A stretch of DNA of 64,000 nucleotides from Fimbriosthenelais zetlandica (taxonomy: Eukaryota). A model generated the notes under the pieces. It did not search any database, had not been told where the DNA came from, and saw nothing but the letters and a program-made list of their open reading frames with translations. The position numbers were made by a program, and so were the translations under genes. Positions 26,229 through 41,434 of this stretch are shown piece by piece (the stretch's first letter is position 1; the number at the start of each line of letters is the position of its first letter). Where the stretch lies: NCBI GenBank assembly GCA_977030845.1, contig OZ365113.1:39308001-39372000 (forward strand). The letters are read 5' to 3'.

Positions 26229-29200
26229 AGGTCGGTCTTTAGTAGCCTAGGCCTATTTAATCGCTCTTGTCCATTTAACATCTCATCCACCCATAATTTT
26301 AGGATAATACCTTCACAAAAATAATAATAATGATTAAATAAAACTAACCTTGAGTTTGAGATAATTATGAGACTTCGAAGTCAATGATCATTGTAAAGTT
26401 TTAGCGGCGTCCACAGAGGTGGCTGCAACCCACAAAGCTCCTGAAACAGAAAAGAGATGAGATTACGAAAAGTTAATTTACTAATTAATGAACTTGTTAC
26501 AAGTTTATTTATTAGTAAATATAATAATTATATATCCTTGTTTTCCCGGGTAACTAAATATCATTACTTGATCCACAATGTACGCTCGTTCAGTAGGCCG
26601 ATCAACCCAGTGTGAAGTATAACTCAGTAACAGTGATATGCCTTCTGCTCTGACATCTATACCAATGCAACAATCGTCAACCCATGCATCACCTGTAAGG
26701 AAGGAATCAGAACATGACATTAATTTATTAATTTTCGTATGACCCTGTGGAAAATAAACAATCACTTGAGGCGTCATATGATGAGAAGTAGGCCCTAGTT
26801 GCTCCGTGATAGTGCCCCTTTAAGGCATTTTTAACAAACTACCATGATCCCCATGTCCGTTTTCTCTGTGGTCGGGGGATTCACTTCATGTGAGTTGTAA
26901 CATTAACACCTGTATGTCAGTAAGCTAAGTACTGTAGATGTTGAGACCATGGTTTTTTAGTAGTTGAGGCCATGGTTTAATTGGATAGAACTCGTGTTTG
27001 AGGAATCTGGATGTTGAGTCGAACACAATTAAAATCCATGAATGCAGGTCAATACGCTCCAAACTCAATTGATGACGGTTGGTTGTGCAATGTGCAGAAT
27101 ATTAGACCACAAGCTTGAATTCTTTGCTAGAGCAAATATTAACTAATTTCAGTGATATATCTAAACCCAACATATATCCTTCAAGTGCAAAATGTGAGAA
27201 ATATGGCCCCCAACTTTTTGTTGGCATTTCTTACAGCCCGACCAATGGTTGGAAGCCAACATATTCGATGAACAATCCCATTGAGTGATGTGGATTTTGA
27301 ATGACCTAGGAATGTGTCCAATATACCAGGAAACGTCCAGCCAACCAATGGCTTCCCTTAGACTTGTGGGGTTGGAAGCATAGCCCCAGGAGCCATAAAG
27401 ACAATGACTCCATGCCACCTCGTGCTGCCTGGGCCAGGCAAGAAATATGGGAGGGGTAAAAGGCACAGCGTATATTTGAGTGGCATGGTTTTGCAGTAAA
27501 TGGCACGCCAGGTTTGGATGTGTAGTTATTTGATTTTGAGGCATTGGGCATTCATTGGACGGGCGGGAGACGGCTCAGTGCAGTGATCTATGTTCGGGAA
27601 AGTCGAGGCCAGGGTGCGTCCGTCTCTCCTCGTAGTTTGAGGGATAAGACACTGTTTCATGCATGCACCATGTAATATTTCACCCTGACAGGCCCGAGTC
27701 GCCCTGATATTGTGGCCATCCATTTATGACCGCACCACTCTCTACCGACCATTTGTATTCATCCGCACGGCCAGTATGTTTCTGGGAGTGTCTCCATCCG
27801 CCCACAGCGAAGTTGGTCGAGTCACTTTAGGTCAAGATAGAAGTGGTCCCATGAGGGTTCCTGATGGTGTCTGTGAGTGAGAAGTGGCTGTTGGGGAGGA
27901 GAGGACAATAAGACCAAGATTGCCAAAACATCGCCAGTTGTCAGCCACAACGACACCAACTCACCTTCATTAACGACACCCCGAGCCGGTTGTTGGCGAT
28001 CTGGCTCTGTCAGATTGAGACACCATGTCTGACAGCGAGAGAGCCTAGGCTCGCCTGATGGCAAAAAAACTTAAGATCATACATGGTAAATATTATGTCC
28101 ATGGATCAAGTGCTTGTCTTCTCAGAAATACGCTGATACGAGCACATATATGTACCGTACCGATATATTTCTTTTCTACTTTTGTGTTTGGATGAATTAG
28201 GAAATTAATTCGGCCTATGCTGCACATAGGTAGGCTAGTCTATTTTCCCCGGCCCAGCCATGAACCTGATGGTTTCATATTAAAGACCATTATGTAATGA
28301 GTCACATTTACTGTGCATTATCCATTTTACATAGGCCCTATGATGAAGCAATAAAAAACAGAAGGAATAATGGCTAGACTAATTTACTTTTCCCTTTATT
28401 GCACTAAGAGGATCTGTTAATATGTGTTGTCTTGTATAATATTGTTTAATGCTAAGACACAGCAGAGTGTACTCTCAAATCATTTCGCTTGTCTTAAAGT
28501 ACCATTTGGCTCAGACGTATGACATTGTTTTTGGCATATTCCATAGTTTCTTACAAACGATGTTGTGTGAGAATTCGTGAATGCCTCAACTTCATTCCTG
28601 TCTTCCTAAATGTTTGGATGGATCCCACATCTTTAAGTTTAATCCACGTAGCCTAATTATTCAGGAAGGAGTGTCTTGAAACAATCCTCGTTTTGAGCAG
28701 TATTATCTTATCTATTAAAACGCTTCATTGCTGTAGAAATAACACGGCAGCCAAACAAAAGCCACTAATGAAAACTTCCTGGGCGTCACATGTCCCTTCT
28801 TTACAGCTGAGGAGAGGTTTTTTCTGCTTCCTTCACCCAATGGTTTATATTCTATGATGTGGTCTGAAGGCAGCCGCGCTGAGATTGCTACTTCCGGCCG
28901 AAGCTTTCCCTGGAGACATCGCAGCAATGACAAGCAGTCGCATTCCAAACGACGTTATGGATATTTTCATCACGTTAAGGCATGTTCAATTGAGATCCCC
29001 TCCCTATCAAATGACGTACCACAGTTCTTCTTTTGTTTTCAGGTCTGGATTGAACATTAATGAATCGGAAACAGTCAACGCAATTATTGAGTAACTTCTA
29101 CCATCTAAAGCAAATTAGGAAATCATGTCAACGTTTATTTAAATGAAGTCATCCTCTCCTGTCGACATCAATGACATTCACCAAGTAATTATGAAATCCC

Positions 29201-32200
29201 TGCTCCCATAGAGGCTTGTCAGTTCTAACTCATGTCATTTCATTGAGCGTATTACAAAGTTTATTGTCCGTAATTCTCTCGTGCATAAATGTTTCATAGA
29301 AATTTTAATTAGTTATTTTGCATTTTAACGAGTCCCAGTAGGGACTGGCGAAGTTTTCTGATGATGCGCAAATGATTGTGCAGACGTGGAAGAAATTAGG
29401 AAGCATGGCGTTGTCGTCTGCTAGCGCTGTCGCCAGCATAAGTTTTGACAGCTCTGGCAAGATGTTACTTAGTTCATAGTGGCATTACCTGAAGTAATGC
29501 ATCTTTTGTTTACACTCCATCTGGTTCGTCTTTGGGGTAATTATTTAAAATGTCCGTCTAGGTTTCATGCGACTTGACAGTCGGACTCATCAGCCAGCCA
29601 ACTTCGTCCCATCAATTTGTTCATGAGAGCGCACAATATTTGCATATGCAGTGTGTCACCCTATGACGTTTTGGCGCCCTTTTCATTCTCTGGATGACGC
29701 AGCTGCATCAAGACCTTTTTCTACGGAAGCCCTTCACTAATCCGACATTTAACAACATGTCAAAATGTCTCTGAATTTCATAATGTTCTACCGGGGCTTC
29801 TTCCGAACATTTGACCAGTGACTTTTGTGACTTGACTCACGTCTGTAATTGGCGAAATGTGGCGGATACGAAAATAGGAAAGAGACATGATTGTGACACA
29901 ACATCATTTTTGCCATTTATACAAGGCAATTAAAAAAACCTAAGCCTACTGATTTCAGGTTATGACTGTTCCAGGTCGTCTCTCCTGACTTGTAGCTTCT
30001 GTGCCCTTCAACAATTATTTTAAAAAAAATATCATATATGTAAACAAAATTGTGGTTAATCCAAAATCTGAACTAACTCCCAGGAAAACTATTGATGACC
30101 CAAATCCCCATTTCCTTTAGTGGCTTGATGTTCTTCTTCAAATCCATATATTATTAATCCTCTTTTTCTCACATCTCATCAGCACTGGATCAGCTGCATG
30201 TTGGAAATTTCATTGTTCTTCATCCTTGGAAGCATTTCTAAATTACTTATGATGAATTGATTGACTTTCGCTAAATATCCTAGCCTTAATTGCTGGGTTA
30301 CAATTACGATGCAGGCGATGAAGTCAGTCGCTTCCAGATGTAAAATGAAAAGAAGTTCACTGTAAAGCTAGGTTTAATATAAAGCATCTTTGGCTTAACT
30401 TCTGGCACTCACTTTTCACTTTCTACTTCTTCTCTCCCTTGGCTATAAATTCACATCTTTATTCCAGCTTGTCATCCTTCCCAAATGGTATAACAATCAC
30501 TACGGTGAGCTTCGTTGACAATTAAGGAAGAAAAAACCTTTTGGAAGATTAATACTGACCTGTTATTTTTGCAGTGTATGAGTGTTGTAATGTGTATCCG
30601 AGTCATTAATCATGGGTCACGAAGCGCCTGTTTTACCAACTCCTTCAGCATCTGCCCGCTCGCCACATCACACTCTATTCATTTCAATCCACAATGACAG
30701 TCCTGACGTTCAACCTTCAATTCCACATAGTCAGATGAAGATGGATTCTGTGAAATGGAATTTGATAGAGATTGATCAAGCAAGGAGAAACATTATAAAG
30801 ACGGATGAATTTTCAGTCGACAAAGCGGATAGCGAGGTGATGTTCATGTTGTGTTTTTTCGCTCAGGAAGACAACGACATTTGCAGTTACAGGCACCAAA
30901 TTCTCCTATTTCGACAGCCAACTTTATCATGCTTGTCAAATTACACAATTAAAACCCATGGCGGATCATGAAATGTGCGTAAAGATGGCAACAACTCGTA
31001 ATGGCAGCAAAAAATCACATATTAGTCCAACACTGACATGACAAATTAGCGTTTAGAAAATACTCTCATTCAGAATTTATCACCGGAAACAAGACGTGCG
31101 TCTCCAATATCGCACATTGGCGCGTTGGAGTGGTTTGATGACAACTTCTAGCCATGATGTCATGTGAAACTATGTAAATGAGAGGCTTGCATGATTGGTT
31201 GGTACTTGTGAATGTGGCCGCTGAGGCTTGTTATCTGCTAGCAAATCACAGCTATTGTTAAGAGAGCAACAGAGAGAGCAGCAGAACACCGATTCCGAGA
31301 CAATGTCAAATATGGGGATTTGAAAATTACAGAATAAATGCTTCACCAGTTGTAGGAAAGCTTTCTTAATACACAACTGTCTGATGATAATAGTGTATCA
31401 GAGGAGATAATATGCTCTGCTCCCAAATCATAACCCCACACGTGTGTTTGATATGGAACTGACACGGTTCTTTCAAATGTCGTCTGCTGGCAAAATGACG
31501 ATGTCATTGGCTGGCGTTTTCGCGGGAAGGGTGTGACGATGGGTGCTGACATGTTTGCATGAGTTCTAGTTGGGAATCTGTCAGCCCGTTCTGACTACCT
31601 GTCTCCGGACGGCCGCTCCCTCCGATGACAACGCCGGCAGATTTTCTACAAGGTGAAATGTGGAAAATGACTAAAATGGCAGTGGTGGCACAGAAATTGG
31701 CGCAAGAAAGAGACAAGCTGTGGCATGGGATGTAATTGCAAGCCACTTGTGTGTCTTTTACACGAATGCTGTCAACCGTTGTTTGCCTGTTTGCTACAGC
31801 ATATGCTGGGTGGGTATCCAAGATGTTCATCAGTAGAAGATGAAGATCCATATTTGTATTTAGCCGTCTATTATTTATTCACGCATTGATGTACTGGATC
31901 AGATATCGAGATTTTTGGTCTATTTGTTGGTTCGGCTCTAAGTAAGACCAGGAGAATAAATGTCAGATGTGTTATTTCGATTATAGATTATTTATCATAG
32001 TCTGCTGCACGAAGTCTGTTCTAATACTCTTTTATACCATCATAATTAAGTTACACTGATGCCTTTCAACGTGTAACAGATGTATGTATATATTTGACCT
32101 ATAGGTGGAATGACCAGTGTCTTCATTATCTCAGTACTTGTGGTATTTGGTGCTTGAAAAGAGCAATCTTGCCACATTAGCAGGTCCAAATAATGTTGGA

Positions 32201-33383
32201 CACGAAAGTAGTACAGACAAATGGGGATTTTCATGTGGCACTAAAGAGAAGAAAGCTATTGGTATAGGAAATTAAAATTTGTCGTTAGATAGGCTTACCT
32301 AACACATATAGCTGGGAAGAATTGGAAGGACTTCAATAATGACAGAGAAGGAATAGGAGGAAGAAGGAGACGTAGGAAGGAATAAGATGATGAAGAGATG
32401 TTAATATTTGATGAAGAGAAAGTGAAGAAGATGAGGTCACGATTTGTGACGGCATATTGAATGGACTGGCAATGTCAGGTGTGGAGAATGGAGATCTTAC
32501 GGTTGGCTGGGTTGGTGAGAGGACGAGAGCAGATCACCAGTGATGGTGGATGACAGAGCGTGAGATGCTTGCCCTGACACAATATGACGTTCTTGCCGTG
32601 GGTGATGCGTCCACTGCCGATGACGTCACGGATCATGTGCTTATCAAGGTTTTTGCTGGGTAGTGAAGTGGAAACTGTCCCACAAGCATCAGATTTCAAA
32701 CTGCACATCTGTGTTGTATAATAAAAAAGCCAGTTGTTCCAGCAGCCATGCAGGCATTTTAAATTAATTTATTTGCTGAAAGGACAATAGGCTCACTGAT
32801 AAAGATGATAATATTATAGTTAAAGGTTTGACCTGCTAGGACACTTAAAGAGGCCAACCATAGTTGTCTGGATGCATGCTTCATTGTGAGAAGGATAGAT
32901 AGGGGGAAGGATTCTATTTAGGAAAATCTTTCTTTCCTGATTTCCTCTTGTCTAGTCGTGAGAGAGCAACTCTTCCATCCCGCCTCATCTCACCAATTAG
33001 AAGTTTGGATGTAACACGCCAAGCCCAGCTTTCTCCTCTCTCCCTCTCCAACACACCCAAGCCTGTACGGACACCTTAATAACAAGTGATGCTGTCATGA
33101 CAAGACAAACCCAGTTTGACACCTGTCATGATGCGACACACCCGACTTGACAAGCCTCGGCTAACACGGGAGGTTCTCCGTTTTCAGATTAAGGGGCGTC
33201 CTTGTCACAGACGGGGACAAAACGCCAGTCGGGCTGGCGATGGTCGGTGACAGGGCCTCTCCGGCGGGTTCACGTTCGACATATCTTCAACATGTCCTTC
33301 ATTCATTATTCTGTCAGGCCAAATGATGCGCCACTTTAACACGCCGTTCTACCGTGTTTTTCCCCCTGCCACATGTCGCTGGT

Positions 33384-33420
33384 GAGGAGCAGGAGGAGGA
33401 GGAGGAGGAGGAGGATGGAG
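33384..33420. repeat. (GAG)n microsatellite within a purine-rich tract
   Basis: Seen directly. Confidence 0.9.
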
Positions 33421-36400
33421 GGACCACGTTCAGGGAAAGCCTGAGAGGAAGTGGAAGAGCGAAGGAGAAGGAAAGGGAGTGAAGGTAGAGAAATGACAAA
33501 TGCAGTTGAAAAAAGAGGTATAGGCATGATAAAGAGTACATGTATAGGGGAAAAGCGAGGCTACAAGTTAGAACACGGGTAAGGGGAAAAAAAATGTACA
33601 CATTGCATGGAGAAGGAAGCCAGGGGGGGGGGAGAGAGAGTGTTAGAGACGATAGAATAATTATGAAGTACCTTTAAGGGATGTAAATATAAAATCAAAA
33701 TACATGTAAAAAGGGGGATGCTAAGAGAGGATGGTGATGTGATGGTCAACAAAATGATAAAGGGGATCACCTGTTTTTGGAGATGAGGTCAAGATAGATG
33801 ACCATATGGCCTCAATGCCATATGACTATGCGGCAACTGGGTTGGCTCAGTATAAAGAAATTCATTATCCTTGTCATTTTAAACCTTATTTAATACGAGA
33901 GTACATGTATCTTTGATTTCTCAGTGATAGTCCTTGGCTTGTCCTTGACTTCCTCCATGTGGATGACATCCCACGAGTCATATTGCATTGCTGATATAAA
34001 ACAGTGATAGAGAGCGATCCTCTCGTGAGATACGACGAGATTTGGCGAGATTAAAGCCAGATTGATGGTGCATGCTACCTTTAAGGTCGTCGGGGTGATG
34101 ACCATGGTTGATCACAGATGGCGATCTATGACGTCGTAGGTCAGGATTCTTAAGTCACAGTGCCAACAAACGGAATGACTATGGGTCACCATGTCGAGCT
34201 CAGTCCAGTGATCCTCCAATGCTGTGGCAGACACGGGCAAGTATGCAATGAATACAGATGGTCATTGCAGTTTAGTTTGTGGCCCAATTCTTCAAACAAT
34301 ACTAAACCCATTGACGTCAGAAAAAACATAATCTAATGCAGGTCAATAATCAAACACCTAACACTTTGAATACAGCATAGGCCTATACATAAAAAAAATT
34401 GTCTTTTCTTTCAGTAGGCCAAGCAAGGCGTTTGCTTTACCGTTTTACAAATAGGTTTAGGGGACTATATACATTATAAGTTCCTGGTAGAACTAACTTC
34501 TATTCTCAATCTTGTTGCACTACTGCATTTTAGCGTGGCATCACCCTTCAATCGTCAAATGAAAATTCTCCCAGCATCCAATTATTGTTCCTTCTCAGAT
34601 TGAATTTTCTATAGATTGCTTGTGAAGAAGTACGGCAATTTAAAAATGTTGGCCAGCACCGTGCGACCAGCGACAGACATTTATCTTTCCAATTGACATT
34701 GACACTGCACATGACCCTCAAGTCTGGTGAAAAGGGATTCCTTTCTCGACAACCAATTATATAAAACGGAAATAAATTGTTTAGTCTCTGAGGAGCAATT
34801 AAATAGCTCACATGCTGACTTCGATGAGAAATAGGATTCTTTTGATGAAAGGTTCATGTTTTGCCGATTGATGTCAGTAAAGTATTTCTATGTTTTATCA
34901 TTGAGGTTTAGGTGTTTCCTTCATTGATTCACAGGGCATAAGACCTAGATTTAATCATGGAATTATGGATCTCGATTTCGAAGAGAACATGGAATGCTTT
35001 GTATAGATCTGTATTATGACCTTCTTTCAGTGTGAAGCCTTTCTCTGATAAAACTTGAAACCCAACTACTATTCGACTTGACTCAGCCTTTGACACCATC
35101 TCTGTGACAATGAAAAAGGTATGGCCTGATTTCACCCGGCCGATAAGTCACCTCTGATAGCACCTCAGCTGAATGCTTCACCGGAAAGTGCCGAAGGGGT
35201 CCGAGAGGTCACGGACACTGGTGGATGACTTGGAGCTCTGGGCATGCGCTTTTAACCGTCGGTGTCATGACGGATCGTAATAAACCTGTCACAAGTCGCC
35301 TCCAATCAGGTCGCAGTGAGCCGGACAGTGCAGCTGAGCGAAAGAAGATTCGGCCAAATAACGGTAGCACTGTGCGCATCTGCCAGACTCGATGATGATG
35401 GATGTCGATCGCAGACCGACAAATGGCCGACGGCCGATCATGGGTTGCCCCGGCCATGGTCAGAGGGCACTGCTGTAATACAGGCTCTCTGTCCATGGTT
35501 GGAAATAAGGGCCTTGGATGGAGGGCCGTGAAAAATGATTTGATCGCTATCAGGAGAATCTATACTTCAGCAACAAAGAGGAAGGTTTGTCAAGACCAAA
35601 CAACTAAAACCATCATTTCAGTCGTCACCCTCTGGTGTTAGAGCTGGGTGTTATAAATAGGGTACGGATCATGTAGCAGGGTTATTATTTGAGGGTATGT
35701 ACTGGGTGTGATGTACATTCTAATCCAGGCAGCCCTGGTCTTTGCCTTGTCTTTAAGACAGCATGCCTATCATACAAGCAATACCAGTAGTTCAGATTTT
35801 ACATAATAGTTTTCATTAAGACAAACTAATGTGTTATGAGGAATACATCCATACAATACAACAGTCATATGGTTGGACAATTCTATCTTCTAGATAGTAT
35901 GCCAGAATGTTTCCTTCTCAGTGGAAAACTGGATTCACAAAGACCAAGGTAAATTAAACATTTCCATATACTACTATCCTGATTTTCAGGCAAGGAAAGA
36001 GTTATTCATTTGAATAAATGAACAAGATCGGGTATCAACTGAATTGTGAGAGCATTGGCGATCTATGAATAACTCTGAAATGTCTTTATTCTGAAGGCAT
36101 GGAACTTGTGAAGGTAATCTAACCCAGAAGGATATTGGCTATAGGAGCTGTTTGTTTATCTGTGACAAATCTGTTTGGATGGGTTTCCTTATTCCTCGTT
36201 GCCCGCCAGAAGCTGTCCATCAAGCTGGTCTGACCAACTCAAATCATCATAGACCAACGGAATGTGGGCACACCCTGCATCAGCATGGCCACCGGAAATG
36301 CAATTTTCCAAGATGGTGGTCAAGAACAGGAAGATGGCGTGATGCGGTGATGTAGGACGTAGCCGCTTGTGAACCGATGGCTTATACATCAAACGTTTCC

Positions 36401-36539
36401 TCTGCCTCTACGATGCGGGACGGACAAAAATCGACACAAATCCAAAATAATAAATTCCAGAGGAGGCATACAATGGCCATGCACTGCCGTCGGCCAATGG
36501 CCAGTGCAGCCTCTCGTGAAATTCGAATTGGTTCCCTTA

Positions 36540-36832
36540 GCGATCGATCACGTGTCGGGTGGCGGTTGGGGTCACGTGAGTTATGGTGGCGCCATTGTGC
36601 TGTCACATTAATATGGCCGACAGTTGTCACTCACCAAACGCCTGACGGACCAGGTGCACAACGCATGCGCAGAGCTGGCTTGTGTTGCCATGGTGACGCA
36701 CATGGACTGGCCTCCTGGCGGCACATGTAGACGTTACGTCCGGGTGATGTATGAGTGGAGATAAGAAGGAGAGCTTTGACTTGAGCCGTTAGAGGGCGTC
36801 TGACGGATGGACGTCAGGGCGCCCTCTGCTGT
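36540..36832. promoter_or_regulatory. Motif-dense island: E-boxes, NRF1-like site, RFX X-box and an inverted pair of CTCF-like sites
   Basis: CACGTG 36549, GTCACGTGA 36571, ACGCATGCGCA 36661, GTTGCCATGGTGAC 36684; CTCF-like 36786-36799 (+) and 36819-36832 (-). Confidence 0.5.
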
Positions 36833-39800
36833 GCTGCTTTGATCCTCTCCATGGGCAGAGCCTTGCAGTGGGGGTAACTGGGTCAAAATGGCCTCCACTT
36901 TGGACAGTTCTGGACAGTTCTCCATCTGGTCTCCATGCCAACATTATCCAGTGGTCAGTGCTTGATGAAGTTCCACTCCAGCGGCCTTCACAGGAGCACG
37001 TCCGGTCTCAGGCCCTGGGCATTGACAATGGCGGGAGGCCATGGAGGAAGAGAAAGATAAATGACTTGTTAAATGGACTCTATACTTGAATACACCAGTG
37101 GCCAAACCTCTGACGCAGCCTTGGCTTTGGCATTAGATAACAAGAACCTTGTGCCGTTGATCTAGAGAATTTCAAAGGGCCTACTCTTCCTTATGACCTA
37201 TTGAAGGGAATGCTGTATCCCAGATCATTGCCAGGGATTTCTCCAATTTCGATAGAAATGTGAATCAGTATAAATTATATCTGCATGATATAGGCCTATG
37301 CTGAATAGAATACACCTTATATATCTTAAGGTCCATAGGACTCGAACACTAGAGGATTCAATACAGTACTTTTAATTCGTAAACTCGTAAATTGCTATAT
37401 GGAACCATAACGCCAATACTAGGGCCTATACACTGACAAGTAATCTTTAAAGGCCTACAAACATGCCCTCACATAGCAAAGATAGAGCTGAAGACTAGCA
37501 CATGAAACAAACCTAGCAATGACATCAAAGCCGCAGTACCTTTGCTTGACCAAGGTGACTGTCATTGCAAAACCTTGACGCAGGTTTCTCTCAGCGTCCT
37601 CGTCAGAGCGTTTCCATGTCAACGTGACGTGTCATGTCTAACACCACGTGACAGGCGCCCATCCGGCCAGCTGAGCCTCCACAAGTCGCCGCTTGTGGCG
37701 TGGACAACAGAGACCCGGGGCCAAGAACACTGTCGCCTTGTTGGTCTGCTGACAACTCCAATTCGCTAAGAAAGGGTCGGAGTACAAGAAACTTCAGCCC
37801 ATTGTGGCAAGGACGACGCACCGGGGACTTGGTTTAGAAGGAGCTTGGTCTGATCTCTGAGAACCAACAGAAACTGTCAATCAAAAGGTTACCCCTTGAG
37901 TCATGCTTGCTCAAATATTCATCAGGTTTCTCCTATTTGACCTTGCAAGGGTCAGAATGGTTGGTCTTTTATAGATAGGTAGACAGGTGATCCAAAACGA
38001 TCTATGCCAGGAGTAGTGATTTAAGGGGATCCCATAGTAAGCATGTATTTACGGCAACTCGCAGAAGGACATTTAGCCCCATACATCCTAAGCCATCTAC
38101 TGCAGGCCTACCTCCTCCTTCCTCTATCTAAATGACATTTTTGCCTTTTTCCATTTAAGTTATCTCTATAGCTTTGCCCTGGGAGTTCGATGCCACCAAA
38201 TGAGGCTATTCCTCCAAGCAGCTGAAAATTACCTAAGCTGCATTTTTTTCCTCGCCGGCCTGATTTATCCTCATGATAGGCGCCCCGACCTGTGATGTAT
38301 ATAAACCACGAGAATTGCCCGTCGGAGGGTATTAGGTTCAGGGTCGTTTACGGAGAAGACAAATGCGGACGGGACACACCAAAGGGTTCATTACTGCTGT
38401 GCTGATGATATCCGCACATTGTATGGCGCAGGCTCATAAATCTCCCCCAATCCTCGCTCCGTTTTTACTCTAATACAGACTGACGAGCGTCAAAGCGGCA
38501 GTGACGTCACATGTCCATCAAGAGCGCACCTTGATGCCAAGCGAACTACTTTCCTGCATGGCTTGTATCCCTCCGCCATGTCAGATCTGAGATGAGGATC
38601 TAAACTATTGTAGCCATTGAAGTATTGTTCGGGGGAATTGTAAATTTCAAAGGGATCAATCAGTGATATGTCAATGGACTGTCAATGCCATAAGATAATA
38701 CGGGCTTCGTTCTTGCGATTCTTATGAAACAGACCGTTTCAAAGTCTATTGATGCATTGAGTTTGAATCAAAAGGGAAACTTGAAGTATAGGCTACATGA
38801 TATAGCAGAAGTAGTTCATGACGGCTACCATCGAACCCCTAACTAATATAAGCCCGTTAGTTTTGCTTAATTATGATGAACATTGGTTTGTATTCTTTAA
38901 CAGGACTTGCATATCTCGAGTATTTACATGTAAATCGAGTCTGCTTTTCCCCCACTTAACACATTGCCAAGTCATTCAGACTTTGGTCGCCAGGGGACAT
39001 TAATGAAATTTAGAGCAGCAGCCATTTGCGATGGCAACACCTTACTCGCATCATTAAGTATTTAAGCTATTTTCCGTCAGTGCGAGCAATGGTTGTCAGA
39101 TCGTCACCGTAATGACAAGTCGGGCAGGTGAAAAATGACCCAGGGCAGGGGCAGGAGTCAGTGAGAACAGCGCCAGGTCATCGACTCGTCAGTATACAGC
39201 TTGCCCCCCTCTCCATGCGCTGCCTCCAGCGGCAGGCAAATGGGTGGATTTGATGGGCAGTATTTGATGCATGGTGGGCTTGCTGCTTTACACGTACATA
39301 GAACTGCATATGTTGCAAAAGAGAAGCATTAAATCGGACAAAATGGACCACCATGAACTCTTGTGTAAATATTGCAAAGCCACATATATATAAGCTGATC
39401 ACCATGAATGAATATATCATGGGCCTATAGCATTGACAACAGGTCTGGCAGATAGGATCTTCTCCTAAAGTGAGGCAGAAAATCAAGATCGAACAAAAAT
39501 TAACAAATGAAGAATATCCTAAGATCGGCTATAAGATTCCTTAGGCCTATTTATTCTAGACATATATATAGAAGTTGTTGCCATTTGACACATTGTAATT
39601 AAAGCAGATGCTAAAACATAGAGATGTTCAGCAATACCCAAGAGATGGAATGATTTCTTTCACACTTACATAAATAGAAATCGTAATTTACAATATAGGC
39701 CTACACTGCGAGCAGCTCAGCAGATTAGGAGGAAAGAATTAAATATAGTTGTTCTGTAGTCATAACGGACCCATCTGCGCAAGTAGGAAACCCATCTGCT

Positions 39801-41434
39801 GCTGATGCTGCAGTACATGTCTTGATGCCAGATTTTCAATGCTAAATTAGGCACTTTCTTGGTTAAAGGATGTATTAGACCATCACACATAGGCCTAAAG
39901 CAACAGTTATATTACAGGTGGAGGCCGAATTATAAGATTTTGAGCGGTTGATATGTACTTATCTCAAAGTACTGTAGAGGGATAGGCCTATACTATTTGA
40001 TGCCCAACCAATTTCAAAGTTAAACAGAACCAAGAATATCTTCAAGAGAATCTCTCCAGAAAACGTTTCCTTGGTGACAATTATTCAAAGATTTCAAGAT
40101 GTCCATTTGAAGCTGGATTGCTTTTACATATCTGGGTCTGATTTATTTGCTCATGAATTTAATTAATTATTTGACATCACAAGTGTACATGTGGCTGTGT
40201 GAGAGTTAATAGGCATTCACATTTTCCCCTTGAGGGATGACTGCCAATGGGGATATAGTTCGGAACCCTAATCTAAACAATGTTGTGTCTATCTAAGGGG
40301 ATTTCCCCACGTTAAATCTACACGGACATTTGCATGGTTTTAGAGTCATGTATGGCTCCATTGGTGTGGGCAGTACCTCTCAACAACGACTTTACAAAGC
40401 TATGATTGACACCTATGGAGATTTAACCGTACTGATTATTGCATGGCTTGTTGGTTTACCAGAAGTTATCACTGCATCATTATCATTATCCTTGTGATGA
40501 AAAATGGGTGGGCAGTACCTAAGCAACTTTTGATGGCAATGTTTTGATTAAGTGTCGAAGCTAGGCCTATTGCATGGTGATAGCAACATAAGACCTGTAC
40601 ATACTACTCTACGTTCCTTAAACGTTTTCTGATTTCGAATGTTAGGGGCTGCATGTCTATAAAATGAAAAATTATGCGACATGGAAGAAAGGAAGGTGGC
40701 AGAACGGGAGAGGGAGGGATCTGGGTAGAGGGAATCATGGAACGGATGGCAAGGTCCAATAATTTCCCAATCTGGAATTTTCACACTGATATGCCTATAT
40801 TTAAAACAAAGTAATATAGAGAAAATGTAGACGACTACATGACACTCACCCTGTTATTGGAAAATTAACTCCAGGCTCAAGCACTGTCTAATTTGTATCT
40901 TATGTCGGGTGTCAAAGTTCCTCATACTCCTCACACGTTTTCAATGTTTACGGACTTGCCTCTTCAACCACTGCTGGCCCGGGCACTGTAACACATCTTA
41001 CCACCACGGGACAACCAAGGAAAGTACTTGTTCACCTCAAATTCCTCTCTCCTTTGACCTATCCTGAGTAATAAGTAAACTTTTTCAATCCATAAAATAG
41101 GGAATTTCGTGGAGGGAAGCTTCACAACTGGAGGTAGAGTCCAAACCAATACAAGTTATTATACTAGTCGTGAATGGGGTCAACAAGCTTTACTGTAGTG
41201 ATTGGGCCGTTTTGTGAAAATGCTTCGTCCACTGGCTTGGCCACTATACTTTGTCTTGTTGCCATTGAAGCATGTCGTTATTTTGAAACAGACCCCACAA
41301 GGCTTTTATATAGTGACCACTTCAGCCATGACATGAATTCCTCTTCTCAATTGATGACTGTCGCCAATCTTCTAATGGAGCTTTAGTTCATAAGTTACCT
41401 AATCTACTCCTAATGTCCCAATACATTTGAATAG

